DNA of 64,000 nucleotides from an uncultured delta proteobacterium (GTDB taxonomy: Bacteria > Myxococcota_A > Polyangia > Fen-1088). Positions 28,144 to 40,055 of the stretch are shown in pieces. The position numbers were made by a program, and so were the translations under genes. The notes beneath the pieces were generated by a model, which made no database searches, was not told where the DNA came from, and saw nothing but the letters and a program-made list of their open reading frames with translations. How positions within the stretch are numbered: the first letter of the stretch is position 1; every line of letters begins with the position of its first letter. The stretch spans positions 128,001 to 192,000 of the forward strand of contig CAVYGB010000009.1 in the NCBI GenBank assembly GCA_963767925.1, in the 5' to 3' direction.

Positions 28144-29586
28144 ATGACTGCGAAAACGCGGGCGAAAGCGCGCGCGGAGACCAGCCGGCTGCGGCTGATC
28201 CTCGCCTGCGGGGCGATGGTGGTATTTGCGCCGGTGCGGGCGCAGGCTGCGCCGGCCAGCCGGTTCGACCGCACCCTGGAGGGCGATGTCCTCATCATCG
28301 GCAGCGCGCAGGGGTACGACTGCGGGGCCGGTGTGGCCGCACCGGCGGGCACCACCGTCGCCTGCCCGGGACTGGGCGATGGGGACAGCGCGCTCGACGC
28401 CTACTGGGTCGACAACGCCGCCGGCGGGAATGCGGCCACGGCGGCGCGCACCTCCGCCCACCTGGCCCTGCCGGCGGGCGCCACCGTCGTGCGGGCCCAG
28501 CTCTACTGGGGCGGGCTGGTGGCGGGGACCCAGGGCGACGCCACCGTGCGGATCGATCGGGCCGAGGGGCTGTCGGCCGACGTCGGCAACGCCGAGGTCC
28601 AGGAGGTCACCTTCCCGAGCGGGCTCGGCAGCGCCACCGCCTACCAGGCCACCGCCGACGTCACCGCCCTGGTGCAGGCGCTGGGGGCGGGGGCCTACCG
28701 GGTCACCGACATCGACGCCCGGGCCAACAACATCCTCGGCCCCGACGACCTCCTGTTCGCCGGCTGGGTCCTCGTGGTGGCCTACCAGCAGACGGGGGCG
28801 CCGGAGCGGCGGATCACGCTCTACGACGGCCTCACCGCCATCGCGCCGGGCAGCGATACCGAGGTCACGCTGCGGGGGCTGGATCTGTCGGGCAGCGGCG
28901 TGCCGGCCGGGGCGCTCGGCGTCTGGGCCTTCGAGGGCGACAGGGGCGAAGACGGCGACCGCGTCACCATCGACGATGCGATGCTGGCGGACACCGCTCT
29001 CAACCCGTCCAACAACCTGTTCAACGGCACCCGCTCGCACCTGGGGGTGGCCCAGGCGGCTCTGGTGCCGCCCCTCAGCGGCAACGTGAACTCGTTGCCC
29101 GGCGTCGACGTCGACCTCCTCGACATCTCGAGCCACCTGCGCGCCGACACGACCGAGATCGAGATCGGCGCCTCGACCCTCGGCGACACCTACTGGCTGG
29201 GCGGCTTCGTGACCTCGGTGGGCCTGGCGCCGCCCCCGCCCGATGGTGGAGCCGACGCGGGCGGGGAGGCCGACGCCGGCGCGCCAGACCTCGGGGATCC
29301 CGACCGCGGCCCGCCCGACGCGGAGGGGCTCGATGGCTCCGAGGACGCCGCCGTCGATGCCCCCCAGGCCGATGCCCGGCCCGACGGCGGGGGCGCCGAC
29401 GCGCCCGAGGACGGCGGCCCCATCGGCAGCCTTCGCACCGTGCTGGGCGGCTCGGGCTGCGCCTGCCGGGTCGGCGAACGCGGGGGCGAGCCGGGCGCGT
29501 CCCTCTGGCTCGGGCTGTGCGCCGTCGCCTTCGCCCTGTCCGCCCGGGCGGCCCGCGCGCGCCGCCGCTCAGGGCGGGGTCTGTGA
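28144..29586 (+). CDS. secreted protein (DUF3344-like) with MYXO-CTERM-like sorting tail
   Basis: signal peptide; A.L.LPAGATV..A.LYWGG, GW.LVV.Y; acidic DAG linker; GGSGCAC..., TM segment, RRR. Confidence 0.8.
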   Translation: MTAKTRAKARAETSRLRLILACGAMVVFAPVRAQAAPASRFDRTLEGDVLIIGSAQGYDCGAGVAAPAGTTVACPGLGDGDSALDAYWVDNAAGGNAATAARTSAHLALPAGATVVRAQLYWGGLVAGTQGDATVRIDRAEGLSADVGNAEVQEVTFPSGLGSATAYQATADVTALVQALGAGAYRVTDIDARANNILGPDDLLFAGWVLVVAYQQTGAPERRITLYDGLTAIAPGSDTEVTLRGLDLSGSGVPAGALGVWAFEGDRGEDGDRVTIDDAMLADTALNPSNNLFNGTRSHLGVAQAALVPPLSGNVNSLPGVDVDLLDISSHLRADTTEIEIGASTLGDTYWLGGFVTSVGLAPPPPDGGADAGGEADAGAPDLGDPDRGPPDAEGLDGSEDAAVDAPQADARPDGGGADAPEDGGPIGSLRTVLGGSGCACRVGERGGEPGASLWLGLCAVAFALSARAARARRRSGRGL

Positions 29587-30918
29587 GCGGCGGTAGCGCT
29601 CCGGATCCAGTCCGTACTCCTTGAGCCAGCGCCAGACCGAGGCGGTGTGTCGGCTGAGCACGGCCGAGACGCGGGCGACGTTGCCCTCGTGGGTGCGCAG
29701 CAACGCCTCCAGCTCGGCCCGGGCCGGCTTGGGCCCCGCGCCCGGCCGCCCCCGGCGGGGCATGCGGTGGGCGAAGGACTCGGGCAGATGCTCGAGCTCG
29801 ATGCAGGAGGAGCCCTGGGCCAGCACGAGCGCGCTCTCCAGCACCTTGGCCAGCTCGCGCACGTTGCGGGGCCAGTCGTGCAGATACAGGCTCTTGAAGG
29901 CGGACTGGGAGAAGGGCTTGCCCTCGGGCCCCATCAGCAGGCGGCACAGGCGGGGCAGGTCCTCGAGGCGGGCGCGCAGGGGCGGCAAGATCACCGCGTC
30001 GGCACCCAGGCGAGCGAAGATGTCGCTGCGCAAGGCGGTGTCGCCCGCGCCGCCCACCGCCCGGTTTGTCGCGGCGATGACCCGCACGTCCACCCGCCGC
30101 GGGGTGGTGCCGCCCAGGGGCAAGAACTCGCGGCTCTGGAGAAAGCGCAGGAGCTTGGTTTGCAGCGGGGTGGGCATCTCCCCGATCTCGTCGAGGAACA
30201 GGGTGCCGCCCTGGGCCTGCTCGATCAGCCCGCGCTTGGGCTTGTGTGCGGTGGAGTGGGCCCCGCGCTCATAGCCGTAGAGCTCGCTCTCGAGCAGCTC
30301 GGCGGGGATGGCGGCGCAGTCGATGGGGACGAAGGGGCCCTTGCGCCCGCTGGCGTCGTGGATGAGGTTGGCGTGCACCTCCTTGCCCACCCCGGTCTCG
30401 CCGCAAAGGAGGATCTCCGCGGGCGAGCGGGCCAGCTTGCGCAGGCGCCCCAGCAGCACCGCCAGCGCGGGCGAGGCGGTGGGGACGCGCCCGAAGGGCT
30501 CCCGGCGGTCCTCCTCGAGGGCGCGCAGCTCGGCGCTGGTGGCGAGCCGGAAGACGAAGCCGTGGTGGCCGGCCAGCACCACCGCCCCGTCGCGCAGCCG
30601 GGTCTGCTCGGCGACCACCCGCCCGTCCACGGTGGTTCCGTTGGTGCTGTTGTGGTCGTGGAGGGTATAGACGCCCTCGTTGCGGGTGATGGCGAAGTGG
30701 TGCGAGGAGATCAGCCGGTCGGTCAGGTGCAGCGAGGCGCCGCCGTCGAGCAGAGCGGCCTCGGGGCCCCGCCCCACCTCGAGCAGGGGGCCCACCGCGA
30801 CCGGGCAGGCCTCGAGGGGCGAGGGCTCGGCGGCGGCGGAGAGCACCTGCAGCACGCCGAACCGCCGAACGTTCTCGGTGCGTCCGAACTGGACCTCGGA
30901 TTCGGTAGCCTCCTCCAC
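29569..30918 (-). CDS. FHA-domain sigma-54-dependent transcriptional activator (start approximate)
   Basis: VGR, ISSHH, STNGT FHA motifs; GETGVGKE, ESELYGYERGAHSTA, LFLDEIGE, WPRNVREL; Fis-type HTH. Confidence 0.9.
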   Translation of the reverse strand: MEEATESEVQFGRTENVRRFGVLQVLSAAAEPSPLEACPVAVGPLLEVGRGPEAALLDGGASLHLTDRLISSHHFAITRNEGVYTLHDHNSTNGTTVDGRVVAEQTRLRDGAVVLAGHHGFVFRLATSAELRALEEDRREPFGRVPTASPALAVLLGRLRKLARSPAEILLCGETGVGKEVHANLIHDASGRKGPFVPIDCAAIPAELLESELYGYERGAHSTAHKPKRGLIEQAQGGTLFLDEIGEMPTPLQTKLLRFLQSREFLPLGGTTPRRVDVRVIAATNRAVGGAGDTALRSDIFARLGADAVILPPLRARLEDLPRLCRLLMGPEGKPFSQSAFKSLYLHDWPRNVRELAKVLESALVLAQGSSCIELEHLPESFAHRMPRRGRPGAGPKPARAELEALLRTHEGNVARVSAVLSRHTASVWRWLKEYGLDPERYRRSQTPP

Positions 30919-31251
30919 CTGCTGGATCCCCGACGCCGCCTCGATGAAACAGGGTAGCACGCGCCTTCGCGAGAGCAGGGCCCGCCTTGGTTGCGCAACA
31001 AAACTCTCCTTGGGACCAGGCCCCCGTCGCGCCTGACGAATCGGTTGGCGGCGCCGCTGTGAGCGCCGCTCGCACCCGGGAGGAGCCCCCCGGGAGCCGC
31101 CGAGAACCGTCGCGAAACCGCCCGGATCCCGGCGGCGAATTTGCGACGGTGCCCTGGCGTGATCCGGGCCCCCGACACTCGGGAAACGCGCCGACGAGAG
31201 CCCTGCTGATCCGATCTTCCCCTGGCTCGTGGGTTGCTTTGTCAGGTGGCC

Positions 31252-32355
31252 ATGGCGCAAATGATCACCGTCGAAAACGTCCTCGAAGCCTTCGACCTGC
31301 TGATCCAGCTGGGCTCGGGGAGCAAGGGGCAGGTCTGGCTGGCCCGTCACCCCGGGCACCCGTCGGGGCTGGTGGCGGTCAAGCTCCTCACGCCCAGCTT
31401 TCGTTCCGACTTCAGCGCCGGCGGTGAGCGGTGGGAGGTCCTCGGCGACCACCCCAACATCGTGCGCGTGATCGAGGCCAACTGGGGCGGCGCCCACCCC
31501 TTCGTGGCCATGGAATACGTCGACGGTCCCAGCCTCCGCGTCGTGCTCGAGATGAGCCGGTCCCAGTACATTCCCTTGCCGGTCACGATGCACATCATGA
31601 GGGGCGTGCTGCACGCCCTGGCCTTCGCCCACACGCGGGCAAACGCCGAGGCGGTGGTCCACGGCGCCCTCAGCCCCGACAGTGTCCTCATCGACAGCGG
31701 CACCGGCACCGCCAAGCTCGACGACTTCGGGCTGGGGCCCACCGACGGTCCCCCCGACACCGTGCGCGGGCGGGTGATGGATTGCCTGCGCCACCTGGCC
31801 CCCGAGCAGCTCGCCGGCAAGGCGGCCACCGTGGAGACCGACCTCTACGCCGCCGGCATCTTGCTGCACGAGCTGCTGTTCGGGGTGGGGCCCTTCGAGC
31901 ACCTGCCCATGTTGAGCCTGCTGTCGCCGCTGACCCGGGCCCGCAGCTTCACGGTGAGCGACCTGCCCCAGGGAACCCCGGTGGGGCTGCTGGGGGTCCT
32001 GCGCCGGGCGCTGGCCGGGTCGCGCGACGAACGCTTCGCCTCGGCGCGCGAGATGCTGGCCGCCATCCAGTCGTACATGCCGCCCTGGGAGGAGGGGGCC
32101 CGCATGGTGTCGCGCTTCGCCCGCCAGCTCGCCCGCCACGCCCACGACGCCCTCGATTCGGTCGACACCCAGGCCCCCATGCAGTCCTTCGAGTCGGTCT
32201 GGGAGCCGCGCATCGCGGGCGGCGACAGCGAGCCGACCGATCCCATGGCCGCCGTCACGGCGGTCTCCTGGACCAGCACCTACCAGCTCGCCGCCGCCAC
32301 CACGGCGGCCGAGGAGAGCCAGAATTCCGCGAATTCCCCGGAAGCCAAGCACTGA
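31252..32355 (+). CDS. Ser/Thr pseudokinase
   Basis: GSGSKGQVW, VAVK, HPNIV; catalytic loop HGALSPDSV lacks the HRD Asp and Asn; DDFG, LAPE. Confidence 0.8.
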   Translation: MAQMITVENVLEAFDLLIQLGSGSKGQVWLARHPGHPSGLVAVKLLTPSFRSDFSAGGERWEVLGDHPNIVRVIEANWGGAHPFVAMEYVDGPSLRVVLEMSRSQYIPLPVTMHIMRGVLHALAFAHTRANAEAVVHGALSPDSVLIDSGTGTAKLDDFGLGPTDGPPDTVRGRVMDCLRHLAPEQLAGKAATVETDLYAAGILLHELLFGVGPFEHLPMLSLLSPLTRARSFTVSDLPQGTPVGLLGVLRRALAGSRDERFASAREMLAAIQSYMPPWEEGARMVSRFARQLARHAHDALDSVDTQAPMQSFESVWEPRIAGGDSEPTDPMAAVTAVSWTSTYQLAAATTAAEESQNSANSPEAKH

Positions 32356-32415
32356 TTCGTCCGACCTGAACCGTCCACCAGATCATCCAACCCCAACCCC
32401 AAACGGAGACAAGAC

Positions 32416-33051
32416 ATGAGAATAGTCCTGATCGACGAGCACCAGAGCTACCGTGAGGCCCTCCGGATCGCCCTGTGGCAGGAGGCGCGCATCTTCGTCA
32501 GCGCTCACGGGGACTCGGTCCGGCCGCTCTACCCGCTGATCGAGAACCAGCATCCGGATCTGGTGGTGCTCGACGTGATCGTCAAGGACACCGACGCCAT
32601 CTCGGCGGTGCGGGAGCTGCACCGGCGAGGCTGCGCCCCCCGCACCTTGATCCTCACCAGCCAGAGCAACACCGCCTTCGTGCGCGACGCCTTCCGGGCG
32701 GGGGCCGACGGCTACGCCTTCAAGTCGCAGCCGCTCGACGAGGTGATGGACGCCATGCGGACGACGGCGGCCGGCGAGCGGTACCTGAGCCCCCAGCTTC
32801 CGCCGAGCGAGGCGATCGACGGTCCGGTCGATCTGGCCGCCCCGGTGGGGCTGGAGAAGCTGTCGGCCCGCGAGCGGGAGGTCTTCTGTCGCATCATCCA
32901 GGGTGACTCGACCCGGGCCATCGCCAGCGCCCTGTGCATCAGCCTCAAGACGGTGGAGACCCACCGGCTGCACATCAACCGCAAGCTGGGCATGCACTCG
33001 CCCGGGCAGCTCATCCGCTACGCCGCGGTCTCCGGGTTGATGGAGGTGTGA
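32416..33051 (+). CDS. NarL/LuxR-family response regulator
   Basis: receiver with PDLVVLD; LSAREREV...IA..L.IS.KTVETHR HTH; GGAG RBS. Confidence 0.92.
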   Translation: MRIVLIDEHQSYREALRIALWQEARIFVSAHGDSVRPLYPLIENQHPDLVVLDVIVKDTDAISAVRELHRRGCAPRTLILTSQSNTAFVRDAFRAGADGYAFKSQPLDEVMDAMRTTAAGERYLSPQLPPSEAIDGPVDLAAPVGLEKLSAREREVFCRIIQGDSTRAIASALCISLKTVETHRLHINRKLGMHSPGQLIRYAAVSGLMEV

Positions 33052-33155
33052 AGGGCCGCGCGAGGGAGGAGGGCGGGACCCGCCAGGGGTCCTGCCCCCT
33101 CGAGCTAGGGACTGTTTTCGAACTAGTCGGGTTCCCTCGCTGCGCTCGGGCCCGA

Positions 33156-36075
33156 CTAGCGTACCCGTTCGTTCACGAGGGCCCGCAGGCTGTTGGCGTC
33201 GAACGGCTTCTCCACCCGGATGTTGGGCACCCGATCCAGGAACTCGCGGGCCCGCACGGTGAAGGCGCCGCCCGTGAGGAACACGATGCGCTCGGCCTGC
33301 TCGGGCACCGTGGCCTGCAGGCTGTCGTGAAACTCCATCCCCGTCATGACCGGCATCATCATGTCGCAGAGGATGACGTCGTAGCGCGCTCCCGCGACGA
33401 GGGCGTCGAGGGCCTCCCCGGCGCTGGTGAGCAAGGTGACGTCGTGTTCGCCGGTGAGGAGGCGGCGGACGGCGTTGCCGATCAGCGGATCGTCGTCGAC
33501 CAGCAACACCCGGCCCCGCCGGCTGCTGCGCTTCACCAGCGGCGCCGCCACCGCGGCGGCCGCCGCCGCCCGGGCGGCCGGCAGGAAGACCTTGAACGAG
33601 CTGCCCACCCCCACCTGGGACTCGACCTTCATCTCGCCGCCCATGGCGGTGACGATGCGCTGGCAGATGGCCAGGCCCAGCCCGGTCCCGACCCCGGCGG
33701 CCTTGGTGGTGAAGAAGGGGGTGAACAGGCGCTGGAGCGTGTCGGGCGGGATGCCCGACCCGGTGTCGCGGACTTCGATCACCACCCGCCCGCCCGGATC
33801 GGTGCTGGTGACGATGGTGATCTCGTTGCGGTCGGCGTTGCCCTCGGGGATGGCCTGGGCGGCGTTGACAACCAGGTTCAGGAAGACCTGACCCAGGCGG
33901 GACTCGTTGGCGTCGACCGGCGCGACCTCGCCGAAGCGCTTGATCAGCCGGGCCCGGTGCCGGATCTCGTTCCAGGCCATGCGCAGGGTCGACTCCAGCA
34001 CCTGGCGCGTATCGACCGGTCCCCGCCGGTCCTCCTCGGCGCGCGAGAAGATCTTGAGGTCCTTGACGATCTGCCGCACCCGCTCGGCCGCCTCCTTGCC
34101 GTCCCGCAGGCAGTCGGGTAGCTGGTCCCCCAGGGTTCCCGGCTGGGGCGACTGGGCCCACAGGCGGGTGGCGTCCTGGAAGGCGATGTCGAGGTTGGCC
34201 AGCACGGCGGCCAGGGGGTTGTTGATCTCGTGGGCCACCCCCGCCGCCAGCATGCCCACCGAGGCCATGCGGTCGGAGGCCATGAGCTGGGTCTGGGTGG
34301 CCTTCTCGGCGGTGATGTCGCGAAAGGCCGCCACCGCCCCCTCGATGCGCCCGCCCTCGAGCCGCAGGGGCCGGGCGCTCACGCTTAGGCAGAGGCCGCC
34401 GTCGGTGGAGCCGGGGGGCCGCAGGAACAGCTCGATGTGGTCGGGCGCCTCGCCCCGCAGGGCCCGCACCAGGGGCAGGTCGCGGGCGGGCACCCGGGTC
34501 GTGCGGTCGTCCTGGTAAAAGCCGTAGCGCTCCGACCACTCGCTGGCGGGGGCGTCCACCCGCTGGCGGAACATCGCTCCGGCGGCGCTGTTCCACTGGG
34601 TCAGGTAGCCGCGGGCATCGACCGCCACCACCCCGTCGCCGATGCTGTCGAAGATCGATCGCAGCAGGGCCTCGGACTCCCGGGAGCGCCGCTCGGAGGC
34701 CGCCCGCTCGTCGAAGGCCCGGGCCAGGACCAGGGCCAGCGAGAGCTGGCTGGCCACCCCCTCGGCGAACTCGCTCCGCTCGGGCGGCGGCTCGAGGCCC
34801 GAGGAGGCGAGGTAAATCCCCCCCAGCAAGGTGCTCCCGTGCAGCAGGGGCACCAGCAGCCCCGACAGGGGGGCGGGCAGCTCCAGCTCGGGCGGGGCGT
34901 CGCGCGGCAGCTCCAGGGTCTTGCGCTGCTCGAGCAGGACCCGCAGGCCGTCGAAGCGTCCAAAGAAGGTGGCCAGATCGCCGGGGGCGGCCACCCTCTC
35001 GCCGAAGGCCCGGGTCGTGAGCGCCCCGGAGGGATCGAGGACGTAGAGCGCCCCCTGGGAGATCCCGCCGGCGTCCATGCAAGCGGCCAGGGCGGTGTCG
35101 AGGGCGGTCTGCACGTCGAGGCCATGGCAGAGGGCGCCCGAGATGCCGCTCAGCACCGACAGCTCGGCCGACAGGCTGGCGCAGCGCTGGGCCAGGCCGG
35201 CGTTGAGGTTGGCCTGCTTCTCGAGCTGGGCCAGCACCCGGCGGTTCCGCTCGGCCTCGACGTCGGCCCGGCGGGCTGCGGCGCCGTGCCCGAGGGGGGG
35301 CTGGGCGCGGGCCCGGGGCTGGGCCAGGCAGCGCTGGATGGCCTCCACCACCTCGCGCAGCTCGGGCGTGCGGATCACGAAGGCGTCAGCCTCGATCTGG
35401 GTGGCCAGGTCCCGGTCTTCGCGCTCGAGGTAGGTGTTCGTCGCCATGACGACCGGAATGGCGGCCAGCAGGGGATCGTCGCGCAGGGCCCGGCACAGGC
35501 CGAACCCGTCCATCCGCGGCATCATCACGTCGGTCAGCACCAGGTCGGGGCGCTCCTGCCGCACCCGCTCGAGCGCCTCGACGCCGTCGCGGGCCCCGAT
35601 TGTGTGAAAGCCCAGCCGCTCGAGGCGGTACAGGGTCAGCTTGAGCTGGATGGCATCGTCGTCGGCCACCACCACCTTGCGCCCATCCGGAGATCGTCGC
35701 GGTGGGGCGCTCGCCCTCGTGCAGGTGGGCCCGCACGATCTGCAGCAGGCGGGCGGGCTCGACCGGCTTGGTGATGACGTCGTCGAAGCCGGCCGCGCTG
35801 AGGCGGACCTCCTCGAGCTTGCTCACCATCCCCGAGCAGGCCAGGACGGCGATCTCCGGGCTGACCGCCCGCAGCTTGGGGGCCAGCTCGAACCCGCTGA
35901 TGTCGGGCAGCACCAGGTCGAGCAGGACGAGCTGCGGGCGCTCGGCCATGAGCGCCAGGGCGCTGGCCCCGTCGGGCGCGGCCAGCACCCGGTAGCCCTT
36001 GGCCTCGAGGGCGAAGGACACCATCTTCCGGGAGATGGCGTTGTCTTCGACGACAAGGATGGTGGGTCCGCTCAT
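33156..36075 (-). CDS. multi-receiver hybrid histidine kinase (REC-REC-GAF-PAS-HisKA-HATPase-REC), frameshift near 35690
   Basis: ORFs 35386-36075 and 33156-35675 join at 'DGRKVVVADDD'; AHEINNP, NLVVNA, GTGLGL. Confidence 0.85.
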
Positions 36076-36464
36076 GACGGAGCGGGGTGGCCGCTCGCGC
36101 CGAGGTGCCGCTCCAGGAGCTGGGGCAAAGCCCGGGTGTCGATCGGCTTGGTGACGTAGGCGTCGCAGCCGGCGGCGAGGGCCCGCTGCTCGTCCCCCTT
36201 CATGGCGTAGGCCGTGATGGCGATGATGACCACGCCCTTCATCCTGGGATCGGCCTTGATCCGGCGGGTGATCTCGAACCCGTCGATGCCCGGGAGCTGC
36301 AGGTCCATGAGGATGAGCCGGGGCCGGAAGTCGCTGAGGGTGGCGAAGACCTCGCCGGCGTCGACGGCGGTGCGCACTTCGTACCCCGACTTCTCCAGCA
36401 GGAAGGTCATCAGCTTCATGTTGGAGGGGTTGTCGTCGACGATCAGGATGGGCTCACCTGCCAT
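36072..36464 (-). CDS. single-domain response regulator (DivK/CheY-like)
   Basis: ILIVDDN, LMDLQLP, TAYAMKGD, YVTKP. Confidence 0.92.
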   Translation of the reverse strand: MAGEPILIVDDNPSNMKLMTFLLEKSGYEVRTAVDAGEVFATLSDFRPRLILMDLQLPGIDGFEITRRIKADPRMKGVVIIAITAYAMKGDEQRALAAGCDAYVTKPIDTRALPQLLERHLGASGHPAPS

Positions 36465-39278
36465 GAATCACTCCCTTTCTCGCGGACGTCTCGACGCCCA
36501 GGTGATCGGATAGAGTCTGGAGCAAGGTCTCTTTGCGGCCCTGACCCTTGGGGATGATGGCCTGGGCCCGGCTGAGGAGGCCGGTGCGCTGCTCGGAGGA
36601 GAGATCGGCCACCGTCCAGACCAGCACCGGTGTGCGGCTGCACTGGGGGCGCTCGCGGAATTCACGCAGGAAGGTGAAGCCGTCCATGCCCGGCATGTTG
36701 AGGTCGAGCACGACGATGGCCGGGCCGTCCGCCTCGCGGTCCAGCGCCGCCAGGGCCTCGCGGGCGTCGCTGAAGCAGAGGGGCCGGCAGCCCAGCCCCT
36801 CGAGGGTGGTGGCCATCAGCTTGAGTGACCCGGGATCGTCGTCCACGACGAACGCCGACTTGCGCTTGGGGGGCACGATGTACCGCGCGAGCGCGGCCAG
36901 CACCCCGTCGGGGTCGATGGGCTTGGACAGCACGTCTTGCACGACGAAGCCCGCGGCGACGCTCTCCGTCACCACGGTGATGACCACCACCGGCACCTGC
37001 GGGTTCCTGCTCTGCGAGCGGATGGCCTTGAGCACCTCGAGGCCGGCCATGTCGGGCAGCAGGAGGTCGAGGGTGACGGCGTCGAAGGACCGCTCCCGGC
37101 AGCGGGCCATCGCCTGGGCGCCGGTCGCCACCGCCTCTACCGAGAACCCGGCCGTGGAGAGAGCCTTGACCAGCATCTCCTGGTCGCGGGCGTCGTCCTC
37201 GACCACCAGGACGGCGGTGGCGTTGGCTCGCCCCTGGGCCACCACCCGGCTGCGCCCGGCCCTGGTCGAGGTGCTGGTAAAGCGGGGCAAGACGGCGTGG
37301 AAGGTGCTGCCCACCCCGACGGCGCTCTCGATGCCGACGCTGCCGCCCTGGGCCTGGACCAGGCGGCGGGTGAGGGCCAGCCCCAGCCCGGTCCCCTGGT
37401 GCCGCTTGGCCGAGCCCCCGTCGAGCTGCTGGAACTCGGTGAACAGCCGGCCGATCTCCTCGGGGGCGATGCCCATCCCGGTGTCCTGCACCTCGAGGCG
37501 GAAGCTGTCGGGCCCCTCCGGCCGGGCCCGCACGACGACCCGACCGCCCTCGGGCGTGAACTTGAAGGCGTTCGACAGGTAGTTGTAGAGCACCTGCTTG
37601 AGGCGCCCGGCGTCCAGCGTGACCTGGCCGATCTCGGGGTCGAGCTCGGTCTCGACGTGCAGGCACTTCCTGATGGCGGTGGGGCGCAAGATGGAGAGCA
37701 CCTCCGCCACCAGGCCGCCGAGCACGAGCGGCTCGGGATAGAACTCCATCTTCCCGGCCTCCACCTTCGACAGGTCGAGGATGTCGTTGATGAGCTGCTG
37801 CAGGTGCTTGCCGCTGCCGAGGATGTCGTTGAGGAACTCCTTCTGCCTGTCGCCGAGGGGGCCCGCCGCCTCGTCGTGCAGCAGCTCGGAGAAGCCGATG
37901 ATGGCGTTGAGGGGGGTGCGCAGCTCGTGCGACATGTTCGCCAGGAACTCGCTCTTGAGGCGGCTGGCCTCCTCGACCTGCCGGGTCTGCTCGGTCAGCT
38001 CGTCGGCCCGGTTGCGGGCCTTCTCCAGCTCGTGCCGCTCGGTCACGTCGATCACGGTCGAGACCCGCAGGGCCGCCTCGCCCGGCCGGGAGGGCAACAT
38101 GCTGGTCGAGACCATGACCGGGATGGCCGACCCATCCTTGCGCCGCAGGCGGGTCTCGTAGGTGTGGGAGCCCCGCTGCTCGACGAGGCGGGCCAGGGTA
38201 GGGTTGTCCGATCGGGCGTCGGGGGGCAACACCTCCTCGCCCACCCCCGGCACGATCTCGCCGACGTCGTAGCCCAGCAGCCGGGCGTAGGCCGGGTTCA
38301 AGCTGTGCAGGCGCCGCGACGACACCTCGGAGATGGCGATGCCGAACTGGGCCTGCTCGAACACCTGGGCCCAGATGGCCCGGGAGTGCTCGCCCTTCTT
38401 CTGGTTGGCGAGATCGCGGATGAAGCTCTTGAACATGTAGCGGCCGTCGGACCGCTTGCGGGCCACGACGGTGGCCTCGAGGGGCATCTCGTCGCCGTCG
38501 GCCCGCATGCCGACGATCTCGAAGCGCTTGCCCGCGACCTCGCCCGTACCCTCTCCCTCCTCGATGAAGCGGGCCAGCCCGGCCTGGTAGGCGGCGCGGA
38601 GGCGGGGGGGATGATCAGCTCGGCCAGGACCTGGCCGAGCGCCTCCTCCCGGCCATAGCCGAAGGTCAGCTCGGCGGCGGGGTTGAACTCGGTGACCCGG
38701 CCTTCGTGATCGGTGGCGATGATGGGATCCAGCGTGGCGTTGAGGATCAGGCTGTGGTGGGCCTCGGCGTCGCGGATCAGCTCTTCCTTGATCTCCAGGT
38801 AGCGGGCCCCGATGGTGACCATCGATCGGGACATCAGCTCGGCCACCACGACCAGCACCGCCGACAGCCGGGTCGGGCTGGCCCGGTAGGCCTGGACCAG
38901 CAGGGGGACGAGATCGATCTGCAGGCCGAAGAAGACCTCCGTCAAGGCCTCGAAGCCGACCCCCATGCGGGCGTACAGGGCGCCCTGTCCCCGCATGAAC
39001 GCCTCGAAGCCGGTCCAGTCGCCCGCCACCGCCCGGGCGAGCAGCTCGCGCGACCGCTGGCTATCGCGGGCCATCTGCTGCGGCGTCACCGACTCCGCGA
39101 TCGGGCCGAGCTCGGGGTGACGCTCCAGGCGCTGCAGGGTGGAGACCTGCAGCGCCTCGTGGTGCTTGTCGTAGACCGCCCAGAAATCGTCCAGCTCCGG
39201 GCGCCGGCTGGGCGGAAACCAGGGCTCCGACCGGCGGGGCTCGGTCCCTTGCTCCTGGTGTTGTGCGATGTCCTGCAT
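36454..39278 (-). CDS. globin-like-sensor PAS-PAS hybrid histidine kinase with two receivers, frameshift at a G-run near 38605
   Basis: N-terminal helical globin-like domain; EFNPAAE..FGY PAS; KSEFLANMSHELRTPL; GTGLGL; two REC domains. Confidence 0.85.
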
Positions 39279-39432
39279 GTCGCTCCCCCGCCTGCGGACC
39301 GCGGCCCCGAGCGGCTGACCATCAGGGGTCAGGCAGACTCACCGCCGCCCTGGATCCATCGCCGTTTCGCTGCGGGTCTAAATCGAGGCCGACCCTGAGT
39401 AACAGCCGCGTACACCGGCAACCGATGTATGC

Positions 39433-39916
39433 GATGGAGCAGAGCGAGCCAGCGGGGCGGCCTTCTCGGGGGCCTGCCCGGAGGAGGAGGTGGCGGCGGA
39501 TGGCCGCGCTCGGGGTGCTGGGCCTGGCCGGCTGTGCGCCACCGGGCCCGGTGAACCGCCTCGACGCCAGCCTCTGGCATCCACCTCCCGAGCCGCCGCC
39601 CACGCCCATCTTCGATCCGCCGCCGCTGGATCCCCCCGCCGTCGCCCCGCCGCCCAGCGACGCCGCCCCGCCGCCCGCCAGCAGCGACGCGGCCTTGGCC
39701 CCCGGCAGCGCCGACCGGAACCTCGTCTACACCGTGGTCTTCCGCCCGGCCGACGCCGAGCGGGCCCTGCTGCTCGACTGGACCATCGACCCCGGCGAGA
39801 GCCCCGGAGCAGGTGGCGCCAGCGAAGGTGGGGGCGAAGGCGGGGGCCAGGGCGGCGGCGGCGGGGGCGAAGGCCGACACCGCGTCCGCCTGCAGGCCGT
39901 CACCGTGGGGGAGTAG
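39433..39916 (+). CDS. putative Pro-rich lipoprotein
   Basis: RRRRWRRMAALGVLGLAGC lipobox. Confidence 0.55.
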
Positions 39917-39925
39917 CGCGATCGG

Positions 39926-39977
39926 ATCACCTCTCCCGCTTGCGGCGAGGTCGGCGCGTCTGCGCGACGGGTGAGGG
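39926..39977. repeat. dispersed REP-like element, copy 2
   Basis: ATCACCTCTCCCGC...GAGGTCGGCGCGTCTGCGCGACGGGTGAGGG. Confidence 0.75.
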
Positions 39978-40055
39978 ACGCCCGACCTGGCAAACGGGCA
40001 GCGGGTCCAGACGGACGCCCTCGATCTGGCGCGGCGTTGTAGTAAAAACAGCGAG

